Below, piece by piece: positions 26,598 through 37,161 of a DNA stretch of 64,000 nt. The translations under genes and the position numbers were made by a program. The stretch spans positions 4,189 through 68,188 of the IMG/VR virus record IMGVR_UViG_3300039008_000077; one strand, written 5' to 3'. The stretch is from a virus. The notes under the pieces are model-generated. The model was given only the letters and a program-made list of their open reading frames with translations. It did no database searches and was not told where the DNA came from. Each line of letters starts with the position of its first letter. Position 1 is the stretch's first letter.

Positions 26598-28664
26598 TTA
26601 TGTCCCCAAAGCAATAGCACGTAAATCTCTTACACGTGGCACAGCCGATGAGTTCGTGGAAGTATAGACAAATTTAAACTGATATGTGTTAAAAGATTCT
26701 AGGTCATCAATAGTGTATGAATATTCACGAAATACATTTGGGTCATCATCAGTTTGAATCTGCTGATCAATAGTAGCCAGAATCCAATTGGTTTGATTTA
26801 GAGGCTTATCATTACCAGATTCTGCAATGCGGTAATATAGTGCAATCTCTGAATCTGCTGGGCGATTCGCAGCAAACAAAACCTTCAACCCAACGGCAGC
26901 TGTGTCTAGAGTCACGGCACGTGTAAGGTGTTTGGCCTGTGCAGAGCCATCGATAGGATCGGTCTCGGCCACATAGTTGGCAGGAACGTTGTAGCCGGTA
27001 GCAGCCGCTGCGGCTGGCCGGTCAATGCGATTTCCAATCAGAGATGCGGACAAGCGGCTAAGATCAATCACAGGAGAGATTAAATTAGATGACGTGGAAA
27101 GTGTGGCTCTCAAGTCCAGAGATGAAGAATTGGCCATGTTAGCACTTTTGTTGGACGCACCAGCAACGAGGCGAGGAGTTGGATACTCCATATTCTCATT
27201 CGGCATAATAACACCATAAGATGAATCTTTGGAATATGCAGTTTCTGATCCGGCCAAAGATCGTCCAGTGGTGGTCTTGGCGGACCAGTTGGAAGATGCT
27301 TGAGGCAGAACCATCTGGTTAACGTTTGCAAACAAGATATTGAAGCGGTTATCCTTATCTACGAAGCAATTGGACTGGGATACAATACCAGTAGAAGTAG
27401 AGTTATCTCCTGTGATTGTGATAGTAAAGCTATCGGCATCCTGTCCGTCCACGACTGTATGAGTGTCATTAATAGATCCAGCAGCAACGCCATTCACTGC
27501 ACTAGACCCACTGATTGTAACCCGGGACACGCCGGATACAAGGCCGTGGTCCTGACAAAATACCCGCAGGGTTGGATTCGCATCAACATCTGTTGTTTCG
27601 ATAGCAGACACAACACCCTTAAGAGGATTAAGAGATGTAAACGAGGCAGTAGCGGACCCCGGTGTAAATTCGGCTCTCTTAAGACGAAACATCAAATCTC
27701 GGCTTTGATCTGGGGTCCATGTTGATCCATTTTGAGACTTGAAGAATGAACCCATAGAAGGTTGCTTCATGATGCGGTTGGTCGTAGATCCAACCTCGAA
27801 CTCGGTCATTACTCCCGTCCACACATTGTATGCATCAGACTCGGCCAGCAGAACCACAGCATATTCGGTGAAGCCGTTTAGGTAGATCGGGGCATCAAAT
27901 GCAACATTGGTGATCGTCCCGGCGTTATTGATATTCGGGTTGTCGGAAACATTGACATCAGCCGCTGCTACAAATTTACGAGCGCCCGGCAAAGGGGTCC
28001 CATTAGGAGTGCCATTCTGCATTCCACGGATTTGAACCTGAAGTGGAACACGACTATCCTTAGACTGCATGAACAAATCTACAGATGTAATAAAACACCC
28101 CTCGGGCCTCTCAATTACAAATGACTGGGCAACCGGGTCAATGAATCTAACAGGCGGTGTCGGTGGCGGCGGCGGGAAGATCGTGGTTACACTGGTCTCT
28201 TGAGTTTCTAATGTACCCTGAGCCGTGTATGACGCAAATGCCTTAGAAATAGAGTTGGCATCGGTGGTTGCATTCCAATCACGCACCTTGAACTCACGGC
28301 GACCTGCTCGAAAACGTAGGCTAGATGTATTTGGGATGTAGAAAGAGCCTTCTATTACACCGTTAGCATCAGAAATAAGGCTGGTGGAACCATCGGGGTG
28401 TTCTGTCAGGTCTGATGTATTATCAACAGTGCTCTCTGATGTGGTTGTGGAAACACGGGTGAAGGTTTCTTCACGGCACCAATCAGATACGTCTACATTA
28501 TCAAACAGTGGCCTATGCCTCATGTTTGGTAGAAGTCCTTCAATTTTGAAAAATACCTTCCGAGACCGGATAAACGGCAAAAGCACCACAGACACTGTAC
28601 GGGTGGTAGTGGTGCGTCGCACTCCACCCGGAAGTGTAATGGTAGTTGTACGAGGTGTAGTCAT
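26598..28664 (-). CDS. Virion structural protein, C-terminal half of a DUF4815-like protein
   Basis: PFIRSRKVFFKIEGLLP, DPVAQSF, GSFFKSQNGSTWT, PRVRDLRAIAL. Confidence 0.75.
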   Translation of the reverse strand: MTTPRTTTITLPGGVRRTTTTRTVSVVLLPFIRSRKVFFKIEGLLPNMRHRPLFDNVDVSDWCREETFTRVSTTTSESTVDNTSDLTEHPDGSTSLISDANGVIEGSFYIPNTSSLRFRAGRREFKVRDWNATTDANSISKAFASYTAQGTLETQETSVTTIFPPPPPTPPVRFIDPVAQSFVIERPEGCFITSVDLFMQSKDSRVPLQVQIRGMQNGTPNGTPLPGARKFVAAADVNVSDNPNINNAGTITNVAFDAPIYLNGFTEYAVVLLAESDAYNVWTGVMTEFEVGSTTNRIMKQPSMGSFFKSQNGSTWTPDQSRDLMFRLKRAEFTPGSATASFTSLNPLKGVVSAIETTDVDANPTLRVFCQDHGLVSGVSRVTISGSSAVNGVAAGSINDTHTVVDGQDADSFTITITGDNSTSTGIVSQSNCFVDKDNRFNILFANVNQMVLPQASSNWSAKTTTGRSLAGSETAYSKDSSYGVIMPNENMEYPTPRLVAGASNKSANMANSSSLDLRATLSTSSNLISPVIDLSRLSASLIGNRIDRPAAAAATGYNVPANYVAETDPIDGSAQAKHLTRAVTLDTAAVGLKVLFAANRPADSEIALYYRIAESGNDKPLNQTNWILATIDQQIQTDDDPNVFREYSYTIDDLESFNTYQFKFVYTSTNSSAVPRVRDLRAIALGT

Positions 28665-28673
28665 TGTTTATCC

Positions 28674-31670
28674 TTAGAAATCAATTAGTTCAACCATAGT
28701 GGCAAAATTGTTATCTGTGATACGGTTGTTACCGCCACGGAGACCACCTGCTTGTGTTGGTGTAATGATGCCGTTAGAGATTTGATTAGGGACACCTGTC
28801 CAATTCCAGCGCCAATTATCAAAATTACCGCCCTGATTTGGATTAACGGCTTGTGTCTCACGAATTGTATTTGAGATCGTTGTGGTATTAACGTCTCGCC
28901 ATTCATCAGTCTCAGGAGATAGTGTTATTCCACCAGTGTTTGTGATGACATTGTATGGGTTAACATTAATGGTAGAGGACGCCACGCCTTGCGTAATTTC
29001 CGTCTCTTCTGTGTAGCTCATTAATAGAAAATCACCGACAACAGTTACACCCGAAGATCCAGAAGATGTGTAACGAATTCCCACATTGTATTCGTAGAAA
29101 GTAGGACGAGACTCCCCAATCATCGGATCAACAGATGATCGATTCTCCCGAGAATTGAAGTCTGTAAACGTAAAGTCCTTGAAATTATCTACAAAGAATC
29201 CCGATTTGAATCGGTTGTTACCGTTTGCATCCAGAACTTCTAAGGTAGCAGTGTCGGATTCAAGAAGACTCAGAGTTGTCCACTCTTCGATACGATCAAT
29301 GCGATTTTCAATTTTACCAATGTCCCGCATAGTGTATCGTTTATTTTCGATGAATACCGGGATGACATCGGAAGCATCAATAGTACCCGCAAACAGGCCG
29401 AATCGATAGATCCCCATGGCATTGTCGGGCGGATTAGGTGCCTGTGGGTTTAGAGCTGCTGCCCCGGTAACAGACCCGAAATTGCCTTCTGCATCAATAT
29501 ATAGCAAATCGATACGAGGCACATAGTAGGTTACGTCAGCTTGAATAGTTTGGTTGTTCTGCGGCAACTCATTAATAGCCGCACCATTACCAGTATATCC
29601 AGTTTGTGGATTATTCAGCTTTGGGCGGAAGTCAAATACATCAGACAGACGAACCACATCACCATTGGCAAGGGTGTGTTTGGGAATGTCCCCATAGTTA
29701 TAAGAGGGGTCGGATACAAGTGAGTTATAGCTATCTACGTTAAAATAATCACCAGCACCATGAGCAAAGTACTTGTAGGATACCTTAACATTGCCAGTGG
29801 GCGCAGTCTGGTTAGCCTTTAGAATCAACACGCCATCTTGATAGAAGTTATCCCGCTGACCATTATCGAGGTCATATCGATCCGTGATATCAGCGTCCGA
29901 ATTGTCGGAATCCTTGACACTATCAACCACAAAAATATCAGACTCACCCAGAACAATATTGCCTGAGCCCGGGGATGCTACAACTTGATCCGTGACCGTT
30001 GTCAGGGTCTTTGTGCGAGCATTTGTGGTTGCTGTGGTCTTATCTACATATGCAATGAAGATATGCTCTGTGGAGGCTGTGAGGCCGCTTACAGCGATAG
30101 TTTGAGCCCCCGTAGATCCATAACCGCCCGGAGTAACAACTGCCCCGGTGTCAGATCGAATTACAATCCAATCGTCTGTATCTTCCCATGTGATAGAAGC
30201 AGACGTTGTATCCAAGGTTACATTACCAGAACCATCAGTAGTCTGAGTCTCATGTCTTTGGACTCTAACCGTAATGTCTTCGATAGATTGTACACGGGAT
30301 TGAGGGATTTCAAACAGAAGGTTGTTGCGATCCACATCGTAGAGCTGGGCACTGTTGGTCGTCAGGGCTGAATCATCTTCACCGATCAGCGTAGAAGAAA
30401 ACGCACCATTAGCAGCAGTCCGTACAACGTTGAAGCTGTAGCCGGAATTCATCTGAATATCAAATAGGTAGAGACGGTAAATAGACCCCGACTCACGTTC
30501 AATTCCACGAACTCTAGCCGTTCCCCGAATAGTGGAACCGGAATCACGTAGGTTTAGGGCGTCAAAATCGTCAACAGGGGGATTTCCGCTGATAGATGTG
30601 ACACGAATGTAGTTACCAAAATATGTAGATGTTTTACCGTTTGCCTTAACCTCGGTAGACAAAGCCTTATCAACATCAATAGAAGTTGAAAGGGATTTCT
30701 CGATTTCATACCCACGGACATATGCCTTACCGGGATCAAAGGTCAGGGTTAGCTTGGTGTCGTCGGATTCATGCTCGGCCACTGTTAAGAGGAAGGGGTC
30801 GATAGTATAGTTACCCGATTCATCAAATGTTCGCCGGGCCATCTCGTCACCGATAATGGCATACGAGCTGCGATCCACCTTATCAACAATAGTGGAGTCA
30901 CGTAGGGTAATTACGGTGAAATAGTCATCACCCGCCACGATATCATCACGCTTGATTAGATTCAGGGCATATTTGAGGCGATCAGCACCCGGAGCATTAA
31001 AGTTGTTTGTTCCGTTAGCATTGTCCAATAAAGATCCATCAGTATCAGAGGTGACAATAGACTCCGCAACTGTAAGTCCAATTTCTTGAATACCGGACGG
31101 AATCCCGTACTTCTCAATAATCAGAGATTGGGTGGTGGCCTTGACGAAGAAACCACGGGTAAAGTACCACCCTTCTTGTAGATCTACCTTCGTACCAGTA
31201 CCAGTACCGGACGTATCAACTGTATATGAACCAGATCCGGATACTGGATTGGTCCATGTCAACGTTTCACCATCAACAAAGCGCCCGCCTTCAGAAGACC
31301 CGCCTCCTGTATACTTAATGTACAAAGTGTTAGGATCAGAATTCTCAGCCGCAACAGTTTCGATCAGTTCAGCCACCAAACCAGAAGAAGAACCAACAAT
31401 GGTAGCGCCAGCAACGACATCCCCAAAGGAGCCGTTCGTGATCTTCGCATACTCATAGTTGGTATCAACAGATACACCAGCAGCCAGTACGGCAGAGCCA
31501 TCCAGAAAGATGTTCTGTCCGAAGCGTTTGATTTGCTCTTGAAGGATGCTTTGTTGTTGTGTAAGCTCTCGGGCTTGTACAGCACGCCCCGGACGATACA
31601 AGATACGGTGAAATCCATCATCCGTATTATAATCGTCGAAATACGGAGATACTGATGTATCTACAGCCAT
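28674..31670 (-). CDS. Virion structural protein, N-terminal half of a DUF4815-like protein
   Basis: SPYFDDY...RILYRPGRAVQARELTQ, NAPGADRLK, ARRTFDESGNY, RYTMRDIGKIENRI, RFKSGFFVDNF. Confidence 0.8.
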   Translation of the reverse strand: MAVDTSVSPYFDDYNTDDGFHRILYRPGRAVQARELTQQQSILQEQIKRFGQNIFLDGSAVLAAGVSVDTNYEYAKITNGSFGDVVAGATIVGSSSGLVAELIETVAAENSDPNTLYIKYTGGGSSEGGRFVDGETLTWTNPVSGSGSYTVDTSGTGTGTKVDLQEGWYFTRGFFVKATTQSLIIEKYGIPSGIQEIGLTVAESIVTSDTDGSLLDNANGTNNFNAPGADRLKYALNLIKRDDIVAGDDYFTVITLRDSTIVDKVDRSSYAIIGDEMARRTFDESGNYTIDPFLLTVAEHESDDTKLTLTFDPGKAYVRGYEIEKSLSTSIDVDKALSTEVKANGKTSTYFGNYIRVTSISGNPPVDDFDALNLRDSGSTIRGTARVRGIERESGSIYRLYLFDIQMNSGYSFNVVRTAANGAFSSTLIGEDDSALTTNSAQLYDVDRNNLLFEIPQSRVQSIEDITVRVQRHETQTTDGSGNVTLDTTSASITWEDTDDWIVIRSDTGAVVTPGGYGSTGAQTIAVSGLTASTEHIFIAYVDKTTATTNARTKTLTTVTDQVVASPGSGNIVLGESDIFVVDSVKDSDNSDADITDRYDLDNGQRDNFYQDGVLILKANQTAPTGNVKVSYKYFAHGAGDYFNVDSYNSLVSDPSYNYGDIPKHTLANGDVVRLSDVFDFRPKLNNPQTGYTGNGAAINELPQNNQTIQADVTYYVPRIDLLYIDAEGNFGSVTGAAALNPQAPNPPDNAMGIYRFGLFAGTIDASDVIPVFIENKRYTMRDIGKIENRIDRIEEWTTLSLLESDTATLEVLDANGNNRFKSGFFVDNFKDFTFTDFNSRENRSSVDPMIGESRPTFYEYNVGIRYTSSGSSGVTVVGDFLLMSYTEETEITQGVASSTINVNPYNVITNTGGITLSPETDEWRDVNTTTISNTIRETQAVNPNQGGNFDNWRWNWTGVPNQISNGIITPTQAGGLRGGNNRITDNNFATMVELIDF

Positions 31671-31680
31671 TGGTTATTCC

Positions 31681-32136
31681 TTACTTATTGTACTTCAGAA
31701 TATTTAGGACCTGAGCCTCAAAAGATTCTTGAACTTTGTCAGAATCTACATATTCACTATCTTCATCATCATACCTCACCATCCAATCTTGAATCTGATT
31801 GAAGTCTTTGAGTTTGAGCATGACGACCATATTTTCACCCACGGGACTTGTGCCTTGGTTGTCTGTGGCCCACCCAATTAATGTGATACCTTTTTCGGTC
31901 ACGTTGAATTTGACTTTGTTGGTGATGTCACTCACATGGGTAACTACGCCTTCGCTTCTACCAGATTCGATCTGACTCGCAATAGAATCGACTTCATCCG
32001 GCATAAGCTCAACTGCCTGCCAGCGATCTCGATCATGGGTCTGTTCAATCTTGATGGCTTCGTAGTCTTCGGCGTTTTGACTTACAGTGGTAGTTAGGGT
32101 ACTATATTTAAATTTAAGGGGTCTTGGAGATTTCAT
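31681..32136 (-). CDS. Hypothetical protein
   Basis: 151-aa ORF with an AAGGA ribosome-binding site between gp8 and the DUF4815-like gene. Confidence 0.7.
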   Translation of the reverse strand: MKSPRPLKFKYSTLTTTVSQNAEDYEAIKIEQTHDRDRWQAVELMPDEVDSIASQIESGRSEGVVTHVSDITNKVKFNVTEKGITLIGWATDNQGTSPVGENMVVMLKLKDFNQIQDWMVRYDDEDSEYVDSDKVQESFEAQVLNILKYNK

Positions 32137-32174
32137 AGTTCTTCCTTACGGTTTTTTTGTTCTGGGTCATTAAG

Positions 32175-33767
32175 CTAGAATTGAACGACTAACTTTATAT
32201 CCTCGGTTTGGTCAATGGCCCGAGAAACTGCAACACGGTTTTCGATATAATAAATCTGACCCGAATACTTATCTACTTCGCCATCCCGATCAGCAGAATC
32301 CGAAGCGCCATCAATGGAACCGGTAGAAACACCGTCGCCAGTTAGAACTTCGCCGTCTGTAAATGACCCAAATCCAGTTGTTGAGTTCTGGTGAAAGTAA
32401 AGAGATTCCGTGTTGGAATCGTAGTAGTCAATAACAGCTTTGGCACCAGAGGACTGCCCGGTGACCGTATCATCAATCACCCATGTACCCCCTGCCGAAA
32501 CAAGGTGATTGCGCAAAACAATACCGGTTGTCTCTGTGAAAGATTCTTGAGGAGATGATAGGTCCAGTGGGTTATTCAGAAGCATAAGCTGGCGGTAATT
32601 GTTAGCTGGAATAAAGTCACCGTTGAAGCCGTCTGCCGGGTTCTCATCGCCCTCAAGCAGCACATTCCCCATGATGTAATAGGCGTTCATGTCTACGGTA
32701 GGGTCATAGCCAAATCCACCTTTTGGCGATGTAAATCGTACAGTCAGTTCGGCCTCTGTGCCAGCAGTACTCGTGGCCGGTACCGCAGAAGCTTCGTTAT
32801 AGCCGTAACCTGCTTCGTCAATAGTAATAGAGTTTTGAAGAACCCCAGCGGTAACGGTGCCAGTAGCTTCAGCATTGAATCCGTCACCTGAGATATTGAT
32901 CGTCATTGATCCATTTGTGTACGATGTTCCACCATTAGTAACATCAATAGAATCGATCTCACGCCCTTCCGCAGTAGGAGCCACAACCGCCCGCAAAGTG
33001 GCTGGCGTTGTGGGAGAGCCGCCGGAAACAGCAACCGTAGCATACGTATATCCCGATCCAACATTAGTCATGGTGATGCCGGTAACGACACCGGAAGTCA
33101 AGGTAGCTGTAGCTGTAGCGCCAGAACCATCTCCCGCAATGGTTACGGTCGGAGCGGACGAATACCCCACACCACCATTGTCAATTTCCAGATTGTGAAT
33201 AGCTCCTGCTGTGGCATTGGATGCCACATTGGAATCACGGAAAACGGGTATGAAATCATTGGTTAGAAACTTGGAAGCATCGACAGCAGAAATGGTGTAC
33301 ATATATTTCCAGATGTAGCCATCAGCGCCCGCAGTTGGGGTAACAGATCCACGGTCAGCTTCAAGCCCTGATCCCCCATCGTCAACACCGATAGGCTCAA
33401 CGGTAGATGTTCCCGAACCAGCCTTAAGGCACAGATAAACATTGAAGTTAGACTGATTCAGAACATAATAAGCCTTGGTGTGCAAATCTGCATCTGCATC
33501 ATCATAAGCAACATAGGTTCCACCAGCAGTCCAATTGTGACGAGGAGCACAGTGGGCAATATCTGTCACCTTCTTAACAGATTGAATTGCATGTCGGGCT
33601 GAAATTTCGTCCTCAAAGTCTACGTCTGGGGTAGGAGGAAGGGACTCGTTATCCCAAGCTTCAGATCGACCAATGGCCAGATACAGCTGATCCGTGCCTT
33701 CGTCGATCCGGCGCTTTGCTCTGCGAAGATTGGCAAAGCGAAACTTATTAGTGACAATAGCAGTCAT
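32175..33767 (-). CDS. gp8: Baseplate wedge subunit
   Basis: LYLAIGRSEAW, FNVYLCL, DGYIWKYMYTI, YIENRVAVSRAIDQTEDIKLVVQF. Confidence 0.92.
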   Translation of the reverse strand: MTAIVTNKFRFANLRRAKRRIDEGTDQLYLAIGRSEAWDNESLPPTPDVDFEDEISARHAIQSVKKVTDIAHCAPRHNWTAGGTYVAYDDADADLHTKAYYVLNQSNFNVYLCLKAGSGTSTVEPIGVDDGGSGLEADRGSVTPTAGADGYIWKYMYTISAVDASKFLTNDFIPVFRDSNVASNATAGAIHNLEIDNGGVGYSSAPTVTIAGDGSGATATATLTSGVVTGITMTNVGSGYTYATVAVSGGSPTTPATLRAVVAPTAEGREIDSIDVTNGGTSYTNGSMTINISGDGFNAEATGTVTAGVLQNSITIDEAGYGYNEASAVPATSTAGTEAELTVRFTSPKGGFGYDPTVDMNAYYIMGNVLLEGDENPADGFNGDFIPANNYRQLMLLNNPLDLSSPQESFTETTGIVLRNHLVSAGGTWVIDDTVTGQSSGAKAVIDYYDSNTESLYFHQNSTTGFGSFTDGEVLTGDGVSTGSIDGASDSADRDGEVDKYSGQIYYIENRVAVSRAIDQTEDIKLVVQF

Positions 33768-33796
33768 GGTCGATCCTTAGAGTTTGTTTCTGTGTG

Positions 33797-33804
33797 TATT
33801 TATA
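33797..33804 (-). promoter_or_regulatory. T4-type late promoter (gp8 operon)
   Basis: Exact TATAAATA 30 nt upstream of gp8. Confidence 0.85.
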
Positions 33805-33817
33805 CAAGAAATGTTCA

Positions 33818-35377
33818 TTACGTAATTAATTGAGCATCATATACCGTGGCAGTTCCACCCCACGAATCAAGTTTATATGTTGGTTCACCCACAACATTGA
33901 TATGTCCATTTGCGAAATACCCACCATCAGCATTGCCATGAGAAGAGGTGTTTATCAATGAATAGTAAGATTGAACAGGAGTCTGCACAACTCCATCAAT
34001 CCAAAGTCTAAGTGTATTTGGGTTTACGGTTGGGTTTATTTCTACCACGACATTATGCATCTGGCCATCTCGCCGAAATTCATAGTCTGCATATGTGCAA
34101 TTTAGATTTGCCTCTACTTCACTCCCACCGTCTCCGAATCTTACACGCAAAAGGTTGGATTCAGTAATTCCAAACCAAAATCCTCGTCCAGACCCACCTT
34201 CTTCAATGATTGTCCCATTCAATTCACGATCCATTGGAAACATAAAGTCCAAATCCAAAACGAATTCATTATCTGGGGGTATAAAGCTATCAAGCTTGCT
34301 ACCGGGCTCGGCAGTGGCCGAAGACGATAGTCCGCTAATGATATTAGATGCACCCTTATATGTGAACCTAGCGGGGCGCTGATTGGGTAATTTAATGGTT
34401 CTATTAATGCTCGGCTCATTAATTTCGTTTATACGAAAGTCCTTCAGTTCACCAATTGTGTGTGTAGATGTGATGATGTTCTTATTGACACTTTCTAGAG
34501 AATATGCATCATCACCATCTGCGACCACAACCTTCCAATATTTCCGAATAAATTGCGGGAAGGTCCGCATACGATGATCGATAGGAGCGGCAGCAGTGTT
34601 ACCAACCACAAAATAGATCGCTGCCGTAAGAATAAGGATGTTGGCGTCACGAGTCTGGAAGCCCGGAACGATTTGAGGAGAGCGTGCACCAGACCGAGTA
34701 ACAGCACGATACTGCTCGAATTGGGCTAGCCCTTCAATTCGAACTTCGCCGAACAAATTCCACCCAGCTGGATGGGCCAATTCACGAAATTGAGCACCCC
34801 AATCAGCAATAGAAACACCAGACCGAACCAAATATGAGTAAATTTGATAGAAGGTTGAGTCCTGAATCACCATTGTGGTTTCAGAGATGTGGCCCTGCTG
34901 GTCTTCCCATCGCTGAGCATCATTGTCCCAGTTACCGTCAGAGACTCGCAGCATGTTGTCCTTCGGATAGATGACCTCAGCCTCTGTGTTCAGGAAGAGA
35001 CGGAAGTAGGCTTCGATGGCCTCTTGGTTACCCTTAGACTTGAACCACATGTGAAAGAGCTTAAGAGCGTTGGCATCGGTTAGTGTGCCAAGATCGGGAA
35101 ACCCTTCACCGTACTCACACATCATACGTTCAATATAATCACCCTGAGCAATGTCGGCATTACGCACATCACGAAGCCTCTCAACCATACGGTCAAGACC
35201 TTGATCAGATTCTAGGAACTCATAGTATGTTGTGAGAAATTCAACAAAGTCCGGGTACTCCTTCACGAAATGTGAAGGCAATGCCTGTTCTACTTTGCGA
35301 CGACGCAGATCGATATTATCAATCTGGAAATCTGCGCCCCGCTCGCCTCGACGTGTGAGTGTGTTGTTATCAGCCAT
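33818..35377 (-). CDS. gp7: Baseplate wedge initiator-like protein with an extra C-terminal beta domain
   Basis: YPDFVEFLTTYYEFLE, FKSKGNQEAIEAYFRLF, IQDSTFYQIYSY, LAHPAGWNLFGE; lies between gp6 and gp8. Confidence 0.75.
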   Translation of the reverse strand: MADNNTLTRRGERGADFQIDNIDLRRRKVEQALPSHFVKEYPDFVEFLTTYYEFLESDQGLDRMVERLRDVRNADIAQGDYIERMMCEYGEGFPDLGTLTDANALKLFHMWFKSKGNQEAIEAYFRLFLNTEAEVIYPKDNMLRVSDGNWDNDAQRWEDQQGHISETTMVIQDSTFYQIYSYLVRSGVSIADWGAQFRELAHPAGWNLFGEVRIEGLAQFEQYRAVTRSGARSPQIVPGFQTRDANILILTAAIYFVVGNTAAAPIDHRMRTFPQFIRKYWKVVVADGDDAYSLESVNKNIITSTHTIGELKDFRINEINEPSINRTIKLPNQRPARFTYKGASNIISGLSSSATAEPGSKLDSFIPPDNEFVLDLDFMFPMDRELNGTIIEEGGSGRGFWFGITESNLLRVRFGDGGSEVEANLNCTYADYEFRRDGQMHNVVVEINPTVNPNTLRLWIDGVVQTPVQSYYSLINTSSHGNADGGYFANGHINVVGEPTYKLDSWGGTATVYDAQLIT

Positions 35378-37161
35378 TACGTCTCTCGGGTAGCATTAAC
35401 AGACGTGGTGTCACTGTCAATTTTTAAGAGAAGGTCACGCTGTGGCTTAATCGTATTCTCGTCTGCGGGCCTTACCGAGAAACGAATTCCATCATCGGCA
35501 TCGGGGTATCCAGACGGCTCGAAAGGTAACAGGACAATCTTGTTGTTTGTCGTGTCAATATATCCAGCATCATCCACCACGATAACTTCCCCTCCCGTAC
35601 CACCACGGAAGATTTCAAGCTGGGTAGAATTCACTTTATTACGTAGGTAGCAGGTGTAGGACGTGCCTCCTACTGTATAGATGAATGCCGTAGAAGTGAC
35701 CACAGATTCAAAATCTGTTACAGATGCAATCGGAGTAGTATATGCTAAGTCATATCGAGCCTTAACATTCAGCGTTGGTTTCAGTCTCCGTTGAATTTTT
35801 ACATCAGCAGATACGGTTAGTACAGAGGCTTCACTATCATCAATATAAGACATAAGGCGAGATTTACGAAACGCAGAGTTGAATTCCGAAAGGTTTGTAG
35901 TCCCATATGCCAAAATAGAATTCTTAATCTGGCTCTCAAGCTGACTAGAAGAAAGCGGAGTTTGTCTGCTGTCATAGGTGACATTCATGTCAACTTCCAG
36001 ATACTCGAATTTAGGATCAACAATCTCATGGCCCACCGTAATGATGGACTTAGGAGCAATGATGACATCAAGCAGCTGAGTTTTCTGGGCATCCGTCAGA
36101 ACCTCAGCTCCCACCGGCTTCACGCAGATGTAAACCTTCCCAAAGTTCGGAGGATCATTATCTTCCCCACCCCACACATTTAGAGTTTCAACGAAGTTGG
36201 CTTCGGACTGGATGAAAGTAGAATAGTCGTTGACAGTAACAGCACGGTTTTGTGCACCAAAAGCTTTTGGTGCATTGAAGCGAATAGAATCGATACCCTC
36301 ACGATCAGAGCCACCCGAAGAATTTGACAGAGTAGTAACTTCAGCAGAATATCCACCGAAAGAGGCAGATGTTGCAAAGACAGATGCCCCATCAGCATCA
36401 GTGCTGGATGATTTCAAGAATTCCACATCGATTACAGAGCCAGCAGGTGGCTCCTTTCCAATAATCCCATCTCCTAAATAAATTTCATAATATCCATTTG
36501 GAGTTTCGTAGATAAAATAATTAGTATTCTCTACAATGAGGTCTTCAATTTTAGTGGGTACAGTATATGTTTCTCCCTCCGTAGTATTCAACCCATCTTT
36601 AACTGTGACGGACATAGTAGTTGTGTCTATCTTGTCGTTAGGGATCACGTAGGCGGGATAGTCATCGGTATCTACGATGAAGCGTTTGTTCAGCTTCTTA
36701 CCCTCGGTGATAGTAACATCAACCGTGTAGCTATTGGAGTTAGTGGCAGTGGCCTCGTCTAGTGTGTAGAATGTATATACATTATTATCAATGCTAGACG
36801 TAAATTTTGTCCATTTGGGAATTAAGATGTCATCTGTCAGCGCCGGGACCCCCTGAAGAGTAAGGCGCACAGAAGCGGTTGCCGAGCGAGCAGAGCGAGG
36901 TAGATATCCTAGAGGCTTGGCATGAGATACCACCGACCCTCGAAGCTGAGCTGTGTCTAGGAAGGCCTCGTTAGAAGACATGTTGGCAATCAGTGCGTTC
37001 TGATGTGTATTCCAAGCAAGGACACGCATTAGCGCCTGCATACCAGATCCCGAAAAATCATAATCATTGAACTTACCTGATGTTTCAAAGTAAGCCTTCA
37101 TCTTTGACATAATAGAGTCAAAGTCTAGATTCGACGGGTCAAACTTAAATTCTTGTGACAT
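35377..37161 (-). CDS. gp6: Baseplate wedge subunit
   Basis: LDFDSI, FNDYDFSGSG, FLDTAQLRGSVVSHAK, AQNRAVTVNDY, VWGGEDNDPP. Confidence 0.96.
   Translation of the reverse strand: MSQEFKFDPSNLDFDSIMSKMKAYFETSGKFNDYDFSGSGMQALMRVLAWNTHQNALIANMSSNEAFLDTAQLRGSVVSHAKPLGYLPRSARSATASVRLTLQGVPALTDDILIPKWTKFTSSIDNNVYTFYTLDEATATNSNSYTVDVTITEGKKLNKRFIVDTDDYPAYVIPNDKIDTTTMSVTVKDGLNTTEGETYTVPTKIEDLIVENTNYFIYETPNGYYEIYLGDGIIGKEPPAGSVIDVEFLKSSSTDADGASVFATSASFGGYSAEVTTLSNSSGGSDREGIDSIRFNAPKAFGAQNRAVTVNDYSTFIQSEANFVETLNVWGGEDNDPPNFGKVYICVKPVGAEVLTDAQKTQLLDVIIAPKSIITVGHEIVDPKFEYLEVDMNVTYDSRQTPLSSSQLESQIKNSILAYGTTNLSEFNSAFRKSRLMSYIDDSEASVLTVSADVKIQRRLKPTLNVKARYDLAYTTPIASVTDFESVVTSTAFIYTVGGTSYTCYLRNKVNSTQLEIFRGGTGGEVIVVDDAGYIDTTNNKIVLLPFEPSGYPDADDGIRFSVRPADENTIKPQRDLLLKIDSDTTSVNATRET

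Noticed and set aside
26595-26602. CATAAATA late-promoter variant
   Set aside because: It is formed partly by a stop codon and is too close to the next ATG to serve it. It might serve the fibre gene but is not well supported.
28665-28676. Stop-codon readthrough or alternative genetic code joining the DUF4815-like halves
   Set aside because: Two in-frame TAA codons would have to be read through, TAA ends many other genes here, and a ribosome-binding site precedes the second ATG.
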